Shown piece by piece: positions 50,642-60,007 of a stretch of 64,000 nucleotides of DNA. Numbering within the stretch: the stretch's first letter is position 1; every line of letters starts with the position of its first letter. Source of the DNA: an uncultured delta proteobacterium (GTDB taxonomy: Bacteria; Myxococcota; UBA727; VGSZ01). The translations under genes were made by a program, and so were the position numbers. The stretch covers positions 1-64,000 of the forward strand of contig CAVZJB010000014.1 in assembly GCA_963775425.1 (NCBI GenBank), read 5' to 3'. Under the pieces are notes generated by a model, which was not told the DNA's origin, ran no database searches, and worked only from the letters and a program-made list of their open reading frames with translations.

Positions 50642-50761
50642 ATGGGCAAGGGCGACCAGCGTTCGCGTCGTGGCAAGATCTACCGGGGCACCCACGGAAA
50701 GACCCGTCCGGCGGGCAACAAGAAGCGTGACCACGCGGCGGAAGCAAAGTCCGTGCGGTGA
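50642..50761 (+). CDS. 30S ribosomal protein THX (bS31-like), 39 aa; not in the ORF track
   Basis: MGKGDQRSRRGKIYRGTHGKTRP.. matches the Thx pattern MGKGD..T.RGKI..G.YG..RP; GGAGG RBS. Confidence 0.9.
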   Translation: MGKGDQRSRRGKIYRGTHGKTRPAGNKKRDHAAEAKSVR

Positions 50762-51287
50762 TTTTCTGCGCTGACGCGCAGGCAGCCGGGCCCTCCGGGC
50801 CCCCCCGCGCTCCGCGCGGGTCCCCCCCGGCTTGAGCATCTTCCCGCCTGGAGCCGCGCGCGGAGCTCGCGCTCGCGTGGCGGCGTGGCGATCGCCGGAT
50901 GTCGCGGGACGGAGTCCCTCCACTTGATGCAGCTCCTCCACGAGCTCGGGCTGCTCGTGTTGCCCGGCGGCGCGGCTGCGCGGCCAACCTCCGCGGATGA
51001 CGAAGCGGGTCTGCTCGAGCTGGTCGCGGACGATCACGTTTGCCGAGCTCGCGGAGCACGTCGACACGAAGGGCGACGCGCTGTCGAGCGTGTTCGCGGA
51101 CTCCCTGCGGCGCTGGGCGAGCATCGGCGCTGGGACACCCGCTCTCGGGGGGCGAAACCGCGACGCGATGACGGGACGGCGCCCCGCTTCCTCCACGGCG
51201 GGAGCGTGTGGCAAGTGGCAATCGCCGCGTACCGCAGCGCCGCATTGATTTCGGATCTCACTCGCTTCCAGGTGATACGCTCGCATC

Positions 51288-52364
51288 ATGCGTCCGTTCC
51301 GCCTCTCCGCCCTCGTCGTCGCGTCGGTGCTCGGCAGCGGATGCGGCGCAGGATTGCTCGATCCGAATCGCTACGATCGCACGTGCAATGCGGCGTCCGA
51401 CTGTGTGGCGGTCTCGTTCGCGCCCGCGTGCAACACCGGTTGTGGACCTGGACCGAACGGCGCCATCAACCGATCCTCGCTCGCGCAGCTTGAGAAAGAC
51501 ACGCAAGACGCCACGGCGTTGTGCGGACCACAGTTCGCCGAGTGCTTGCTCGGCGGCGGCCCACCAGTGATCACGACGTGCGACAGCGGCGCCTGCGGGA
51601 TCGAGCCCGCTCCGGTGCCGCCGACGGACGTCTCGTGGAGCTGGTCGAACCCGATCGCGGCGACGACAATCCCGACGAACACCGTTTTCGCCGGCACCGT
51701 CAGCGCAGGCACCGACCCCGCGCAGGGGCTCTCCGTCACGCTCACGGTGGAGGGCGAGGACGACCCCCGCAGCGTGACGATCACGACCGACACCGCGCGC
51801 TGCGCCGCGTTCGGCGGCTGCGAGAGCGTCCTCGACGTGGGGCCGCCATTGCCGCCGCACGCGAACATCGAATTCAACTTCACGCCATCTTCCTCGTTCA
51901 GCGACATTGCGTGGACCACCGGGGACGGCGACGACGTCACGGCGCCGAGCGTCGTCCCGTTCGAGGTGACCGCTACGGGCGTCGCGAAGGCGAACGGCGT
52001 GCTCGAAAAGGTGGTGAACCTCCGCGCGCAGTTGCCCGCCGATGACTCCGGCCTCGCGACGATCGACGTCTTCCGTACGATCGACGGCGGCGAAGAGAAG
52101 GCGCTCGACCGCTTGCGGCCCGACTCCCTCGAGGTCGGCGATCAGATCCCGAGCGCCTCGGGTGCCGAGACCGCGTGCTACGTGCTCGCCGCATCGGACT
52201 GGGCGGGCAACACCGCGCGCGCGGATCCGGTGTGCGTCGACGTTGGCGTCAGTGACGCCGAGGCAGCGTCACTCAACGGTGGATGCGCGTCATCGACCGA
52301 CACCGCGCCGCTCGCGGCCGCGGCCCTGCTCGCGCTCCTGCCACGGCGTCGCCGCCGGCGCTGA
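51288..52364 (+). CDS. Cys-rich lipoprotein with MYXO-CTERM-like tail
   Basis: GSGC lipobox; C-terminal GGCASS..LAAAALLALL.RRRRR. Confidence 0.75.
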   Translation: MRPFRLSALVVASVLGSGCGAGLLDPNRYDRTCNAASDCVAVSFAPACNTGCGPGPNGAINRSSLAQLEKDTQDATALCGPQFAECLLGGGPPVITTCDSGACGIEPAPVPPTDVSWSWSNPIAATTIPTNTVFAGTVSAGTDPAQGLSVTLTVEGEDDPRSVTITTDTARCAAFGGCESVLDVGPPLPPHANIEFNFTPSSSFSDIAWTTGDGDDVTAPSVVPFEVTATGVAKANGVLEKVVNLRAQLPADDSGLATIDVFRTIDGGEEKALDRLRPDSLEVGDQIPSASGAETACYVLAASDWAGNTARADPVCVDVGVSDAEAASLNGGCASSTDTAPLAAAALLALLPRRRRRR

Positions 52365-52375
52365 CGGCGCTCCTG

Positions 52376-52661
52376 TGCACGTGCGCGGTCGCGGGAGCGC
52401 TCGCGTGTACGGGGAGCGAGTGGGTGACACGTGCGCGGTCGCGGGAGCGCTCGCGTGTACCGCGGTCGCGTGAACGGGGAGCGACTGCGTGACACGTGCG
52501 CGGTCGCGGGAGCGGTCACGTGAACGGGGAGCGACTGGGTGACACGGGCGCGGTCGCGGGAGCGCTCGCGTGAATGTGCCCGCTCCTCGGCCGTGTCCGT
52601 GAACGTGTCACCCACTCGCTCCCCCTCACGTTCCCGCTCCCCGCTCCCGCTCCCCGCTCCC
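52376..52661. repeat. Intergenic array of about 50-bp direct repeats with an inverted arm
   Basis: CACG(T/G)GCGCGGTCGCGGGAGCG occurs four times. 52411-52432 is a perfect 22-bp inverted repeat of 52603-52624. Confidence 0.85.
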
Positions 52662-52678
52662 GGTGCTAAACGAGCCCC

Positions 52679-53284
52679 ATGAACATCGAGCTCTTCTACG
52701 ACCTCGAGTCGAGCTACTCGTATCTCGCCTTCACCGCGCTCGACCGCTACGTCCCCGCCGTGTGGCCGGGCGTGGAGCTCGTGCTGCGCCCCGCGCTCCT
52801 CGGCGGTGTCTTCAAGGCCGTCGGCAACGTGCCGCCGGCGACGCTGCCGGCGCGCGCGCCGTACCTGGTGAGCGACATGGCGCGGCTCGCCAGGTGGTAC
52901 GGCGTGCCCATGCAGATCCCCGACGGCTTCCCGTCGACGTCGCTGCAGGTGATGCGCGCGCTCACCGCCGTCTCCCAGCGCGAGCCCGCCAAGCTGCGCG
53001 ACGTCACGCGCGCCCTGTACCGGGCCCACTGGGGCGAGGGCAAAGCCGTCGACACGCCCGAGGCGTGGGCCGCCGCCGGCGCCGGCTTCGTCGACGCCGC
53101 CACCGTCCAGGATCCGGCGATCAAAGACGCCCTCAAAAAGACCACCGAGGAAGCCGTCGCGCGCGGCGCCTTCGGCTTCCCCGCCATGTTCGTCGACGGC
53201 GGCGATCTCTTCTTCGGCGCCGATCGAATCGAGCTGCTCGCGCGCGAGCACGGCCTCCCCTGGCGCGGCCCCGCACCGGCGTGA
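52679..53284 (+). CDS. DsbA-like 2-hydroxychromene-2-carboxylate isomerase / GST-kappa family protein
   Basis: FYD..S.YSYLA, P.LLGGVFK..GN, A..RGAFG.P and FFG.DR motifs. Confidence 0.9.
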   Translation: MNIELFYDLESSYSYLAFTALDRYVPAVWPGVELVLRPALLGGVFKAVGNVPPATLPARAPYLVSDMARLARWYGVPMQIPDGFPSTSLQVMRALTAVSQREPAKLRDVTRALYRAHWGEGKAVDTPEAWAAAGAGFVDAATVQDPAIKDALKKTTEEAVARGAFGFPAMFVDGGDLFFGADRIELLAREHGLPWRGPAPA

Positions 53285-53469
53285 CCTCGGCCACAGGCGC
53301 GCCGCATTCGTGCGACGCGCGCATACGAAGACGTACACCAGCGTGACGGTCGACCACATCGGACGTGATGAGGGTCCGGAACCACATGTCGCATCCGTCA
53401 GTTGAACGGCGCTGATTGCGCTCGCGCCCCCTACGCTTTCCGACAACGGGAAACAGGGTGGGTGAACTG

Positions 53470-55719
53470 ATGCGCTTCTTTGCTCTTGCCGTCCTCGCCG
53501 CCGTCACCGCAACGCCCGCCGTCGCCGCGCGGGACCTCGCGGTCTTCCGCAAGGGCGTGCCGCAAAAGCGCATCCCCGGCGTGGGCCTCGTCAAGCTCCG
53601 CGGCATCGACGCCCACCAGCTCATCGTCGACGGCGACGCCCTCAAGGATCTCTCGGCGCGCAGCCACGTCGACGTCACCCTCATCCGCCCCGTGGTCCTC
53701 GGCTGGGCCTTCGTCGAGATCCGGGCCCACGGCGACACCACCGTCCCCGACGAGGCCACCACCCTCTCCCTGCTCGAGCAGCTCAAGAACGATCCCGCCG
53801 TCGAGGCCGTCAGCGCCGACAAGTGGATGCACGCCCTGCGCGTCCCCAACGACCCCGGCCTCCCCCAGATGTGGCACTTCGACATCATCCACGCGCAGCA
53901 GGCGTGGGACATCACGCAGGGCCTCACCAGCCAGCGCATCGGCATCATCGACACCGGCCTCGTGCGCAGCCACGAAGACGTCGGCAACCGCGCCGTCAAC
54001 GGCTTCGACTTCATCTCCTCGACGCAGACCTCCAACGACGGCAACGGCCGCGACAGCGACTTCAACGACGCCGGCGACGCGTGCAACGGCCCCTCCAGCT
54101 TCCACGGCACCCACGTCGCCGGCACCATCGGCGCCACCGCCGACAACGGCATCGGCGTCGTCGGCCTCAACTGGAACGCCGGCCTCGTCATCGCCCGCGC
54201 CCTCGGCGTGTGCGGCGGCGATCTCGTCGACATCATGGAGGGCGCCGTCTGGCTCGCCGGCGGCCACGTCGACAACGTCCCCGACGTCGGCGCCGACCGC
54301 GTCTCCGTCATGAACCTCTCCCTCGGCAGCGACGGCGGCTGCTCCAGCTTCGAGCAGCAGGGCGTCGACTTCGTGAACCAGCAGGGCGTGATGTTCGTGG
54401 CCGCCGCCGGCAACAGCTCCGGCCCCGTGGGCAGCCCCGCCAACTGCAACGGCGCCATCGCCGTGGCCGCGCACGGCCCGCAGCACGAGCTCGCGTCGTA
54501 CTCGAGCTTCGGCAACGAGGTCGCCATCGTGGCCCCCGGCGGCGACGAGGAGCAGTTCGGCCAGGCCGGCGGCGTCCTGTCCTCCATCGGCCCGAACGGC
54601 GACGCCTACGCGTTCGAAGAGGGCACGAGCATGGCCACGCCGCACGTCACCGGCTCCATCTCCTTGATGCAGGCGCTCAACGCCAGCCTCTCCCGCACCG
54701 ACATCGTCGGCATCCTCCAGCAGACCGGCGTCACCTGCAGCGGCTGCGGCAGCAAGAAGGCCCTCGCGCTCGACGCCGCGCTCGCGGCCGTGCCCGGTGG
54801 TGGCGGCGTCACCAACCCGCCGCCGCCGCCGCCGCCCACGGGCGACGACGCGTTCGAGGAGAACGACAGCTTCGACCAGGCCAAGGACGGCCTCGCCTGC
54901 AACGGCACGCAGAACCTCATCGCGCTCCCCGCCGATCAGGACTGGTTCCTCCTGCCCACGGCGGCGGGCGAGTCCATCGACGTCTCCATCGCGGGCGGAA
55001 ACACCACGAACGGCGATCTCGATCTCTACGCGTTCACCGCGCCGACCAACGACGCCATCGTCGCGGCGTCGGAGACCAACACGGGCAACGAGAGCATCCA
55101 CGTCGACGGCGACGGCACCACCCTGCACATCCTCGTGAACCCGTTCGTCGACACGCAGAACAACATCAACAACAGCGGGCCCTACGCCATCACCGTCACG
55201 TGCTCCGGCCCGCAGCCCGGCGCCACCGACCCCGGCACGGATCCGGGCACCGATCCGGGCACCGACCCCGGCACGGATCCGAACCCCGCGCTCGACGACT
55301 CCTACGAGGACAACGACACCCTCGCGCAGGCGGGCAAGATGTTCTGCGACGAGGAGCTCGACCTCCAGGCCAACGACGACGACTTCTTCACGGTCGACGT
55401 CCGCGAGGGCGACGCGCTGCAGATCGAGGTGCAGTCGGGGGTGGCGCTCGCCACCCAGATCTTGAACAGCAACGGTGACGTCGTCGCGGAGAGCAGCGGC
55501 ACCGCCGCCGCGCGCGCCGACGCCCTCGCCGCGGGCACCTATGTGATGAAGATCTCGCCCACCGGCGCGGCCGGCCCCTACCACCTGAAGGCCGACTGCA
55601 TCGCCGCGAGCAACCCGCAGGTGCAGACCGTCGGCGGCTGCTCCAGCAGCGGCGCCGCCGCCGCCCCCATGGGCTTCGCGCTCGCGCTCCTCGCGCTCCT
55701 CCGCCGCAAGCGGCGCTGA
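53470..55719 (+). CDS. S8 subtilisin-like protease with PPC domains and MYXO-CTERM
   Basis: IIDTG, HGTHVAG and GTSMATPHV triad; (TDPG)n linker at 55225-55281; GGCSS..LALLALLRRKRR. Confidence 0.95.
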   Translation: MRFFALAVLAAVTATPAVAARDLAVFRKGVPQKRIPGVGLVKLRGIDAHQLIVDGDALKDLSARSHVDVTLIRPVVLGWAFVEIRAHGDTTVPDEATTLSLLEQLKNDPAVEAVSADKWMHALRVPNDPGLPQMWHFDIIHAQQAWDITQGLTSQRIGIIDTGLVRSHEDVGNRAVNGFDFISSTQTSNDGNGRDSDFNDAGDACNGPSSFHGTHVAGTIGATADNGIGVVGLNWNAGLVIARALGVCGGDLVDIMEGAVWLAGGHVDNVPDVGADRVSVMNLSLGSDGGCSSFEQQGVDFVNQQGVMFVAAAGNSSGPVGSPANCNGAIAVAAHGPQHELASYSSFGNEVAIVAPGGDEEQFGQAGGVLSSIGPNGDAYAFEEGTSMATPHVTGSISLMQALNASLSRTDIVGILQQTGVTCSGCGSKKALALDAALAAVPGGGGVTNPPPPPPPTGDDAFEENDSFDQAKDGLACNGTQNLIALPADQDWFLLPTAAGESIDVSIAGGNTTNGDLDLYAFTAPTNDAIVAASETNTGNESIHVDGDGTTLHILVNPFVDTQNNINNSGPYAITVTCSGPQPGATDPGTDPGTDPGTDPGTDPNPALDDSYEDNDTLAQAGKMFCDEELDLQANDDDFFTVDVREGDALQIEVQSGVALATQILNSNGDVVAESSGTAAARADALAAGTYVMKISPTGAAGPYHLKADCIAASNPQVQTVGGCSSSGAAAAPMGFALALLALLRRKRR

Positions 55720-55745
55720 GCCGCGTCCGACACGTTCCGTCGACG

Positions 55746-55780
55746 AGAGCCGCCCGATCACTCGGGCGGCTTTCGTTTTG
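55746..55780 (+). terminator. Intrinsic terminator
   Basis: AGCCGCCCGA-TCAC-TCGGGCGGCT followed by TTCGTTTT. Confidence 0.75.
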
Positions 55781-55863
55781 TGCGCTTGTCCGCCGAACCC
55801 GCTGTCGAGCGGGGTCGTATTCGGCTTGGCACCTCATCAGGGGCGCCCACATCAGGAGGAACC

Positions 55864-57057
55864 GTGACTCGCAAAACCGCGACGCGGCTTTGGTGCGTCG
55901 CCTTCGGGCTCGGTTTGAGCCCGCTCGCGTCGTGCAGCTGCGGATTGACCTGCGGGACTGGCACCGCAGACAACGGCCAGGGGCAGTGTCTGCCCGTCGG
56001 AGCAGAAGGAGAGGGAGAGGGAGAGGGGGAACAGCTCACCTGCGGCGCCGGCACCGTCGACAACGGCCAGAGCCAGTGCGTCCCTGAAAACCCGCTCGCG
56101 TGCGGCGCGGGCACCAACGACAACGGCAACGGCCAGTGCGTGGTGACCAACCCGATCACCTGCGGGGAGGGCACCGAGGAGCAGACCGGCGTGTGTCTGC
56201 CGGTCGGCACCTTCACGCCCGCGCCGGCGTCGACGAGCCTGGAGCTGCCGTTCGACGCGGCGCCGAGCCCCGACGGCAGCGTCATCTACTACACCGCCGG
56301 CGGCAGCGACGGGGAGACGCACTCGTTGTGGAGCGTCCCGTTCGACGGCAGCGCCGCGCCCAGGGAGCTCACCACGGGCCTGGTGGCGCCGCTCGGCATC
56401 GCGGTGTCGTCGGACGGCGGCACCGTGTTCGTCGGCGACACCGGCGACGAGGACGGCGCAGACCCAGACCAGATCGGCGGGCTGCTCTCGGTGGACGCGT
56501 CCACGGGCACGGCCACGCGCGTGGCGGGCGCCGACGGCTTCGAGATCAAGGGGCTCGACCTCATCGACAACAACGGCACCGACGAGATCACCTTCAGCGG
56601 GACGGATCCCGCCGACGGCGAGAAGGGCATCTTCGCGCTCGTCGGCGGGAGCGTGACGCTCATCGCCAAGGGCGCGCCGTTCAGCGACCCGAGCGGCGTC
56701 GCGGTGACGTCCACGGGTGACCGCTATGTCGTCGACACCAGCGCCGCCGAGGACGGACAGGGCGCGGTGATCAAGGTCGACTCCGCCGACGCCGCGTCGG
56801 TGTTCGTCGAGGGCATCAACGCCGGCTACCCCGCGGGCGCCGCCCTCAGCCACGACGAGGCCACGTTGTTCGTGTCGGGCATCGGCGCCGACGGCAACGC
56901 CCTCGTCAACGTCATCGACCTCGCCACCGGCAACGTCAGCTTCGTCAACACGGGCCTGTTGGGCAACGACGAAGCCGGCGGACTCCACCGCGCCAAGGAC
57001 AGCGACTCCTTCGCGTGGGCCGGCACCACCACCGTCTACGGCATCACGTTCCAGTGA
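55864..57057 (+). CDS. Lipoprotein with four CGxGT..GxC repeats and a beta-propeller-like domain
   Basis: AGGAGG RBS, LASC lipobox, short GE tract, P.GIAVS.DG and DP.GVAV repeats. Confidence 0.75.
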   Translation: MTRKTATRLWCVAFGLGLSPLASCSCGLTCGTGTADNGQGQCLPVGAEGEGEGEGEQLTCGAGTVDNGQSQCVPENPLACGAGTNDNGNGQCVVTNPITCGEGTEEQTGVCLPVGTFTPAPASTSLELPFDAAPSPDGSVIYYTAGGSDGETHSLWSVPFDGSAAPRELTTGLVAPLGIAVSSDGGTVFVGDTGDEDGADPDQIGGLLSVDASTGTATRVAGADGFEIKGLDLIDNNGTDEITFSGTDPADGEKGIFALVGGSVTLIAKGAPFSDPSGVAVTSTGDRYVVDTSAAEDGQGAVIKVDSADAASVFVEGINAGYPAGAALSHDEATLFVSGIGADGNALVNVIDLATGNVSFVNTGLLGNDEAGGLHRAKDSDSFAWAGTTTVYGITFQ

Positions 57058-57086
57058 ACCCCATCAAGGAAATCAGGAGAGACATC

Positions 57087-58481
57087 ATGAAACGCCAGAT
57101 GAAGACCCTCTTCGGCGCCGCGCTCATCGCGCTCGTGCCCACCACCGCGATGGCGTCGAGCCATCGGGAAGCCCCGGCCATCAGCAACGATCCCGCGGCC
57201 GACAACACCGACCTGTATGCGTGGGTGACGCCGACCACGCACGACAAGCTGATCGTTATCGCCAACTACATCCCGCTCGAGGAGCCCTCGGGCGGTCCGA
57301 ACTTCCACTCGTTCTCGGACGACGTGCGCTACGAGGTCCACCTGTTCAAGGGCGACGACATCCAGCGGGACTTCGTCACGTACCGGATCCGCTTCCACAC
57401 GTCGCACCCGAACGCGGCCAACCCCGGCGACGCCACGGCGAGCCCCATCGGAAACGGGCTGAACTTCTTCAGCCAGATCTCCGGCGATACGCAGACGTAC
57501 ACGGTCACCAAGATCGATCGCCAGGGTCACCGCACGGTGATCGCCAGCGACGTGCCCGTGGCGCCGGTGAACATCGGCCCCCGCACGGAGGCCGTCGTCC
57601 ACGGCGGCGCCGCCTACGACGACGACTTCACGCAGACCTTCGTCCAGAACACCACCGACGGCGGCCGCGTCTTCGCCGGCCCGCGTGACGACGGCTTCTA
57701 CGTGGACCTCGGCGGCATCTTCGACCTCGCGAACCTCCGCCCGAACGGCACCGCGCAGGACGGCGTCGCCGGCTTCAACACCCACAGCATCGCGCTCGAG
57801 ATCCCGTTGACCACCCTCTTCGGCAACACGCTGCCCTCGGTGTCCAACAACGACAGCATCGTGAGCGTGTATGCGTCGGCGAGCCGCCGTAAGGTGAGCA
57901 TCCTCAAGCGCAACGGCCGCCACCGGAGCGCGGGCCCGTTCGTGCAGGTGAGCCGCCTGGGCCTCCCGCTCATCAACGAGGCCGTCATCGGTCTGCAGGA
58001 CAAGGACCGCTACAACGCGTCGCTGCCCAAGGACGACGTCGCCAAGTTCGGCGGCTACTTCCTGAACCCGGTGGTGGTGCGTGACGCCGTGGCCGTGGGC
58101 ATCTACGACCAGGCCACCGTGGACGCCGGCGGCTTCGACCGCAACCGCACCGACATCCTCGACGTCATCGGCCTCAAGGGCGGCGACGTGAACCTGAGCC
58201 AGATCGGCGACGTCCTGCGCGTCGACGTCACCAAGGACTCGGCGTTCCCCAACGGCCGCGCGCTCGAGGGCACCACCGACGTCCTCGGCAACACCCGCGC
58301 CGCGGATCAGGAAAACGGCGACGTGACCGACATCGAGCTGTCGCTGCTGCTGTTCAAGCTCGGGTCCATCGTGAGCGACGGCGTGCAGCACAACGACAAG
58401 CCGTTCCTCGATCACTTCCCGTACCTGAACACCCCGTGGCGCGGCTTCGACGAGGGCCACGGCAAGCCCACGGCCCCGTAG
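57087..58481 (+). CDS. DUF4331-family secreted protein
   Basis: ASSHREAP..DP.ADNTDLYA, VFAGPRDD.F..DL, QVSRLG.P..NE and FPNGR motifs. Confidence 0.9.
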   Translation: MKRQMKTLFGAALIALVPTTAMASSHREAPAISNDPAADNTDLYAWVTPTTHDKLIVIANYIPLEEPSGGPNFHSFSDDVRYEVHLFKGDDIQRDFVTYRIRFHTSHPNAANPGDATASPIGNGLNFFSQISGDTQTYTVTKIDRQGHRTVIASDVPVAPVNIGPRTEAVVHGGAAYDDDFTQTFVQNTTDGGRVFAGPRDDGFYVDLGGIFDLANLRPNGTAQDGVAGFNTHSIALEIPLTTLFGNTLPSVSNNDSIVSVYASASRRKVSILKRNGRHRSAGPFVQVSRLGLPLINEAVIGLQDKDRYNASLPKDDVAKFGGYFLNPVVVRDAVAVGIYDQATVDAGGFDRNRTDILDVIGLKGGDVNLSQIGDVLRVDVTKDSAFPNGRALEGTTDVLGNTRAADQENGDVTDIELSLLLFKLGSIVSDGVQHNDKPFLDHFPYLNTPWRGFDEGHGKPTAP

Positions 58482-58572
58482 TCGCGCCGGGACCGGCGCG
58501 GGGAAAACGGCCTCGCGCCGGCCCCGGGGCATGTGCGCCCGCACAGAGCGGTCGCTGTATGACTCCGGTTGT

Positions 58573-58606
58573 GACGGGGCCCCCACTTTCGGGGGCCTCG
58601 TCGTTT
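58573..58606 (+). terminator. Intrinsic terminator candidate
   Basis: GACGGGGCCCCC-ACTTTC-GGGGGCCTCGTC followed by GTTT. Confidence 0.5.
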
Positions 58607-58639
58607 GGTCAGGATCCACCCGTGGCTCGTAGGTCAGGC

Positions 58640-60007
58640 ATGAAGCGCACCTCTCCCCTCGCCGCCCTCGCCCTCGCCCTCGCCTGCGCCGCGTGCTCGG
58701 CGCCGCCGCGGGCGCCGGCGCCGGCCGCGGCGGCCTCGTCCTCGCCGGCGCGCGCGCTCTGCCTCGCGACGCCCGGCGCCGCCGCCCCCGACGGCAGCGG
58801 CGCGGCGGAGGTGGACGGCGTGTTGAAGGAGCGCCGCGAGGCCGTGGAGAAGGACCCCGACAAGATGGCGCTGTGGGTGCTCCTCGGGCGCGCGTGGGTG
58901 GAGAAGGCGCGCAACTCGGGGGATCCCGGCTTCTACCTGCACGCGGACGCCTGCGGCCAGGAGGTGCTCGCGCAGGAGCCCGACAACGTCCTCGCGCTCG
59001 GGCTTCGCTCGCTCGCGCTGATGAACGATCACAAGTTCGAGGACGCCAAGGCGCTCGCCGGCGAGATGCTGCAGAAGGACCGCGACGACCTCACGGCGTG
59101 GGGGACGCTGTCCGACGCCGAGCTCGAGCTCGGCCACATCGACGCCGCCGAGAAGGCCGCCCAGGAGATGATGGATCGCAAGCCGTCGTTGCCGTCGTAC
59201 GCGCGCGCCTCGTACTTGAAGTGGCTGCGCGGCGACGACGACGGCGCGCTCGAGGCCATTCGGCTCGCGTACGACGCGGGCCGCGGCCAGAAGGATCATG
59301 AGCCGTCGGCGTGGGTGCTGTCCGAGGCCGCGAAGATCTTCTGGATGCGCGGCGACGTCGCCGGCGCTGAGAGGGGCTACGACATGGCGCTCGCCGAGAA
59401 GGCCGATCACCCGCAGGCGCTGGTGGGCAAGGCGCGCTGCCTCATCGCCGAGGGGAAAGCGGCGCAGGCGCTGCCGCTCCTCGAGGAGGCCTGGCAGAAG
59501 CGGCCGCTGGTGAAGACCGCGTGGTGGGTGTCCAAGGCCCACGACGTCCTCGGGCACGCCGCGGACAAGGAGCGCTGGCTGCAAAAGGCCATCGACCACG
59601 GCAAGGAGGGCGACCGCCGCACGCTCGCGCTCGTGCTCGCCACCGTGAACCGCGACATCCCGCTCGCCGAGCAGAGCGTCGCGCTCGACAACGCCCACCG
59701 CGGCGGCCCCTACGCCGACGACATCGCCGCGCTCACCGCGTGGCGCGCTGGCGACATGAAGACCGCGCTCGCCGCGAGCGCGCACGCCTTGTCGCTCGGG
59801 ACACCGGACCCGATGCTGCGTTTGCACCGCGGGGTGATCCTCGCCGCGAGCGGCGACGCGTCGGGCAAGAAGCTCGTCGCGGACGCGCTCGCCCAGGGCA
59901 TGCGCTTCGATCCGTCGGCGGTGGCGCTGGCGGGCGAGGTGGGCGTCCCGGCGCCCTCGTCGTCGCCGTCGCTGCCCGGCGCTCGCGTGGCCGGGGGTGT
60001 CCCGTGA
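58640..60007 (+). CDS. TPR-repeat lipoprotein
   Basis: Lipobox AAC, repeated helical TPR patterns, SYARASYL. Confidence 0.8.
   Translation: MKRTSPLAALALALACAACSAPPRAPAPAAAASSSPARALCLATPGAAAPDGSGAAEVDGVLKERREAVEKDPDKMALWVLLGRAWVEKARNSGDPGFYLHADACGQEVLAQEPDNVLALGLRSLALMNDHKFEDAKALAGEMLQKDRDDLTAWGTLSDAELELGHIDAAEKAAQEMMDRKPSLPSYARASYLKWLRGDDDGALEAIRLAYDAGRGQKDHEPSAWVLSEAAKIFWMRGDVAGAERGYDMALAEKADHPQALVGKARCLIAEGKAAQALPLLEEAWQKRPLVKTAWWVSKAHDVLGHAADKERWLQKAIDHGKEGDRRTLALVLATVNRDIPLAEQSVALDNAHRGGPYADDIAALTAWRAGDMKTALAASAHALSLGTPDPMLRLHRGVILAASGDASGKKLVADALAQGMRFDPSAVALAGEVGVPAPSSSPSLPGARVAGGVP

Noticed and set aside
52376-52661. CRISPR array
   Set aside because: The sequence between repeats is itself repetitive and irregular, there are no unique spacers, and no cas genes are present.
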